This document shows, in pieces, positions 56,275 to 64,000 of a DNA stretch of 64,000 bases. Source of the stretch: an uncultured Haloferula sp. (GTDB lineage: Bacteria; Verrucomicrobiota; Verrucomicrobiia; Verrucomicrobiales; Akkermansiaceae); the NCBI GenBank assembly GCA_965652295.1, contig CBFGTS010000010.1:64001-128000 (forward strand). The letters are read 5' to 3'. The stretch's first letter is position 1; each line of letters begins with the position of its first letter. The notes below the pieces were generated by a model. It ran no database searches, was not told the DNA's origin, and saw only the letters and a list, made by a program, of their open reading frames with translations. Both the position numbers and the translations under genes were made by a program.

Positions 56275-57592
56275 CGCGAAGGAAGTGACCGAGACCGACC
56301 GAACCGGAGAGGCGACGGTGCAGTCCCCGGCGGCGGGGGTAATGGACATCAACGAGTTCCGGGCAAAGCCTCTCGCGGAGTTGCAGGCCATGGCGGAGGT
56401 ATTGCCGCGCCGCCTGCCCGTGGCACCGACCAAGGCGCAGCTGATCTTCGACCTGCTGAGCTTCCACGCCCGCGAGGGAACCACCTTGGTCGGAGAGGGT
56501 GTGATCGAGCAGGCCAAGGAGAACTACGCCATGCTGCGCGACCCGCTGCGGAGCTTCCGGACCTCGCCGGACGACATCCACGTTTCGGGCAATCTCCTGC
56601 GCGAGTTTGGAATCAAGCCCGGTCACCGGGTGAAGGTCCGCGTCCGCTGCCCGCGCGAGCGTGACAAGTTTCTCACCGCGACGGAGATTGTGGAAATCGA
56701 AGGGGTTCCGGCGCAGGATTTCGTCCCCGGCCGGGATTTTGACAAGCTGACACCGCTTTTCCCGAATCAGCGCCTGATGTTGGAGGGCAAAGGACCGGAC
56801 GCTCTTGCGCCGCGGATCATCGATCTCGTCGCGCCTCTCGGAAAAGGCCAGCGTGGCCTGATCGTCGCACCACCTCGCGGGGGGAAGACCATCCTCCTCA
56901 AGCAGATCGCCAAGGCCATCAAGCGCAACCATCCCGAGGTCGATCTGATCATCCTGCTGCTGGACGAGCGTCCCGAGGAGGTGACGGATTTCGAGGAAAC
57001 CGTGGGGGCCACCGTGTTCGCCTCGACCTTTGACGAGCCTGCCAAGCGGCATGCCCAGGTCGCCGATCTCGTGATCGAGCGGGCCCAGCGGCTCGTCGAG
57101 CAGAAGAAAGACGTGGTGGTGCTGCTCGACAGCCTTACGAGGCTGGCCCGCGGCCACAATTCCGCACTGCAGGGAGGAGGTCCCATCGGAAGCGGTGGCA
57201 TCAGTCCGAAGGCCCTGCAGCAGTCGCGAAAGTTTTTCGGATACGCCCGCAACGTCGAGGAGGGCGGAAGCCTGACCGTTCTGGCGACCGCGCTCATCGA
57301 GACGGAGAGCCGGATGGACGACGTCATCTTCGAGGAATTCAAGGGAACCGGCAACATGGAGGTCCGGCTGGATCGCGAGCTTGCCGAGCGTCGGATCTAC
57401 CCCGCCATTCACATCCCCCAAAGCGGGACGAGGAATGACGACCGGCTTTTCCATCCTGACGAATTCGCCAGAGTTCTCGACATCCGGCGCCAGCTCGCGC
57501 AGCTGCCGGTGGGCGAAGCGATCGAAACTTTGATGACAAATGTGGCAGCCACGCAATCCAACGCCGAGCTGCTCCTGCGCGGAATCCGATGA
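56264..57592 (+). CDS. rho: Transcription termination factor Rho
   Basis: PLGKGQRGLIVAPP.GGKT, DERPEEVTD, DSLTRLAR and FEEFKGTGNME motifs. Confidence 0.95.
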   Translation: MSDDAKEVTETDRTGEATVQSPAAGVMDINEFRAKPLAELQAMAEVLPRRLPVAPTKAQLIFDLLSFHAREGTTLVGEGVIEQAKENYAMLRDPLRSFRTSPDDIHVSGNLLREFGIKPGHRVKVRVRCPRERDKFLTATEIVEIEGVPAQDFVPGRDFDKLTPLFPNQRLMLEGKGPDALAPRIIDLVAPLGKGQRGLIVAPPRGGKTILLKQIAKAIKRNHPEVDLIILLLDERPEEVTDFEETVGATVFASTFDEPAKRHAQVADLVIERAQRLVEQKKDVVVLLDSLTRLARGHNSALQGGGPIGSGGISPKALQQSRKFFGYARNVEEGGSLTVLATALIETESRMDDVIFEEFKGTGNMEVRLDRELAERRIYPAIHIPQSGTRNDDRLFHPDEFARVLDIRRQLAQLPVGEAIETLMTNVAATQSNAELLLRGIR

Positions 57593-57649
57593 GGTTCCGC
57601 GGCAGAAAAACGCTTGCAAGCCGCTAGGCGAAATCGGACTTTTCCAAAA

Positions 57650-59329
57650 ATGAAACCCTTCTCCATCGCAATCATTCCGTTTGCTGCTGCCGCAGCGATG
57701 TCGATGCCTGCAGCATACGGCCAGGTGGTCCTGCAGCTGGCATCTGCCAAAGATTTTCAGCAAACCGGCCCCAGCGGAGCCAGCATGCAGTTCCGCCGCG
57801 GCCTGATGAACGTGAATTTGAGGGACGGCTCCGCATGGGCGGTCGGCTGCTTCGGGCTCGCGCCGCTTCCCCAGTACATCCCTGAAGGGGTGATCGGGTG
57901 CCCTCTTGGCACTACGGGTTACGTCGCCTTTGGCGACGGGGATGGAGACGGACTTTTTGACGACGCTGGATTCTGGTCGTTGAGTTCGATCGGCCCTGCC
58001 ACCCTGATCGAACCCTTTCAGGAAGGTCTCTGCTCAATGATCGCCGCCCCGCCTTCGCAGTTGCCGCGGACGCTCTCGAATTTCCAAGATCAGAGCTGGT
58101 TGATTTACTACAACCTCCACACTGCTACGATTCTGGAGTACGTCGTTACTGAGTATGATCTGGACCGGGAGTATGCTGCCGGTGCCATCGGCTGGCAGAA
58201 AATGGATAAGGAACTCGTCACGGGACAGTACGTGTTTTCGTTCCCCCTGCGCAATCGTCCGGTGCAGAGTGTTCCGGTGGCGGTGACGCACCACGCCATG
58301 CCGGAGGGATACGGGCTGCACCACCGGTATCCGAAGGAAGATTTCCATTTTGTCGGAGGAACGTGGGATTCAAACGGATTCTACCTCATGGATCCCAACC
58401 TTGGCGGGACGATCTCCTGGACAGGCAACAATGTTGGCAATGTGAGCCCATCCGCGGACGTCCTGAGGTTCATGATCCTCGACGAGCTGCCTCTCCGTGA
58501 TCCTGCGTCCCCGATGAGGACGTTTGATATCGGTGCTTACGATCAGCGCGAGGATGCTGCCCTGTTCTGGGACCTGCTGCTTGATATCGATGACCTCGAC
58601 CCGACCGTAGACATCGGGAATGATGACAATCCGAATGTTTATACCCCCTATGAGGACGACGATGAATTCCTGCCAGCCGTGGAGTTCCCGCCGACCCGGG
58701 TGCCGTTGCAAATCCCAAGTCCCTACACCCAGCAGTACTCTTTGGCCCCCGGCTTTTTCCGGGCGGGAGAGCAGAAGGTGATTCAAGTACGTTTCGATCG
58801 GATTCTCGGAACCACGTCCGCTGCCTATGATTCATCAGTCCGCCTGTTTCACGCGAATGTCCGCTTTGTGAACACGTATGCTGGATACGCCTCGCTCAAG
58901 TTCCCTTCCGGTGAGGATCCACTTCTGACGGCTGCAAACGGCGACTACGATGGAGATGGGGTCTCGAATATCGACGAGATGACCGTTGGGACGGATCCGG
59001 CCGACGATGCAGATGTGCCCGTGCCGCTCGCGGCAACCGCGGATGAGGAGGGTGACACCGTCTCATTCACCTACGAACTGGCACCGGATGTCCACGTCAA
59101 CGACTACCTCTTGATCACGGACACCGGCACCAACCAAACATGGAAGGTGTCCGCGACCAATTCGAACTGGATTGTGACTCGCGAGACGGAGGTGCAGATC
59201 GTCGAGGATCCGGTTACCGACCGGGAGTTCGCGCACACCATCGTGACGGTGACGGTCCGCAGCCGGGCTCCCATGCTGCCCGACAATCTTGTCGCCCGGG
59301 TCGGCGCGACGGCCATCTCGCTCAAGTGA
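57650..59329 (+). CDS. Secreted hypothetical protein with Asp-rich Ca-binding-type motifs
   Basis: Signal peptide; GDGDGDGLFDD and DYDGDGVSNIDE..GTDP motifs; C-terminal beta module; visibly more T/A-ending codons than its neighbours. Confidence 0.8.
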   Translation: MKPFSIAIIPFAAAAAMSMPAAYGQVVLQLASAKDFQQTGPSGASMQFRRGLMNVNLRDGSAWAVGCFGLAPLPQYIPEGVIGCPLGTTGYVAFGDGDGDGLFDDAGFWSLSSIGPATLIEPFQEGLCSMIAAPPSQLPRTLSNFQDQSWLIYYNLHTATILEYVVTEYDLDREYAAGAIGWQKMDKELVTGQYVFSFPLRNRPVQSVPVAVTHHAMPEGYGLHHRYPKEDFHFVGGTWDSNGFYLMDPNLGGTISWTGNNVGNVSPSADVLRFMILDELPLRDPASPMRTFDIGAYDQREDAALFWDLLLDIDDLDPTVDIGNDDNPNVYTPYEDDDEFLPAVEFPPTRVPLQIPSPYTQQYSLAPGFFRAGEQKVIQVRFDRILGTTSAAYDSSVRLFHANVRFVNTYAGYASLKFPSGEDPLLTAANGDYDGDGVSNIDEMTVGTDPADDADVPVPLAATADEEGDTVSFTYELAPDVHVNDYLLITDTGTNQTWKVSATNSNWIVTRETEVQIVEDPVTDREFAHTIVTVTVRSRAPMLPDNLVARVGATAISLK

Positions 59330-59407
59330 ACCTTGGAGAGGGAGCGCCAGAGAGCGGGAGGCACATCAACCGTGAGGTCGGACCTTCCGAAGAGGAGAGC
59401 GAAGCAT

Positions 59408-63173
<3,766 letters not shown>

Positions 63174-63215
63174 TCCGGCCCCTCCTGCTAATCCTGCTTT
63201 CCTAATTTTTTCATC

Positions 63216-64000
63216 ATGTCCGACGAGACGATCAACAAGATCAGCGTGGCCGATGAGATGTCGAAGTCGTTCCTCGACTATTCGATGTCGGTCATCATTT
63301 CCCGGGCCCTTCCCGATGTCCGGGACGGCCTGAAACCCTCCCAGCGTCGCCTGCTGTATGCGATGCACCACGACCTTTCCCTGAGCCCGGGCAAGCAGCA
63401 CATGAAGTGCGCCGCGATCGTCGGGGAAACGATGAAAAGCTATCACCCCCACGGTGATGGCGCGATTTATCCGACGCTCGTGAACATGGCCCAGCCGTGG
63501 ACGATGCGGGAAACGCTGGTCGACGGGCAAGGCAACTTCGGTTCGGTGGAAGGCGATGCTCCTGCGGCGATGCGTTATACCGAGGCCCGTCTCACCGATG
63601 CCGGCTCCCTGATGATGGCGGACATCGAGAAGGACACCGTCGATCACCAGATCACCTACGACGAGCGCAACAAGGAACCCGTCGTCCTCCCCGCTGCCAT
63701 TCCGAACCTGCTGGTCAACGGTGGCACAGGCATCGCGGTCGGCATGGCCACCAACATCCCCGCCCACAATCTCGGCGAGGTGATCGATGGCGTGTGTGCC
63801 CGGATCGATGATCCGAACATGTCGATCGAGGAGATGAAGACCCACATCAAGGGTCCAGATTTCGCCTCCGCCTGCGAAATCCGCGGCTACAAGGGGATCG
63901 ACAGCTATTTCCGCACCGGCCGGGGATCGATCAAGATGCGCGGTGTGATGGAAGTGGATGAGAGCGCCACCGGCGCGGCGATCATCACCATCCGTCAGGT
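63216..64000 (+). CDS. gyrA: DNA gyrase subunit A (partial, runs off the window)
   Basis: SFLDYSMSVIISRALPDVRDGLKP, YHPHGD, AAMRYTEARL and GIAVGMATNIP motifs; follows gyrB. Confidence 0.95.
   Translation, partial: MSDETINKISVADEMSKSFLDYSMSVIISRALPDVRDGLKPSQRRLLYAMHHDLSLSPGKQHMKCAAIVGETMKSYHPHGDGAIYPTLVNMAQPWTMRETLVDGQGNFGSVEGDAPAAMRYTEARLTDAGSLMMADIEKDTVDHQITYDERNKEPVVLPAAIPNLLVNGGTGIAVGMATNIPAHNLGEVIDGVCARIDDPNMSIEEMKTHIKGPDFASACEIRGYKGIDSYFRTGRGSIKMRGVMEVDESATGAAIITIRQ

Overview
GC-rich chromosomal window, most likely from a Verrucomicrobiaceae bacterium (Luteolibacter/Haloferula-like). This is inferred from the Amuc_1102-1098-like pilus/secretin operon, a PVC-type heme-binding dehydrogenase and DUF1080. 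About 52 CDSs are present, mostly housekeeping (cydAB, acnA, acnB, Hsp70, aroE, gltX, nadB, panC, skp, lpxD, proS, glnII, lptF/G, dinG, aroD, coaE, rho, rnd, gyrB, gyrA). I recognised no tRNA, rRNA or CRISPR array. Points of interest: (1) a REP-associated tyrosine transposase between acnB and acnA, with at least eight GGAG-footed palindromes whose stems covary. Four start immediately after a stop codon, two supply a gene's last codons and stop, and one is inserted in frame inside acnA. (2) A CxxC- and Pro-tailed upstream ORF before an OprC/NosA-type copper TonB receptor (CruR/CutF-like leader), divergent from the copper-free bd oxidase. (3) A ~315-bp MITE-like element with TIRs and a 12-bp target duplication at the cydB stop. 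(4) Heptamer tandem repeats inserted in frame in AcnA and Hsp70. (5) Secreted proteins with a shared C-terminal beta module and a DxDxDG..N..E..TDP motif that also occurs in the secretin operon. Family calls come from motif recognition by eye; no database searches were run, and some start codons are estimates.
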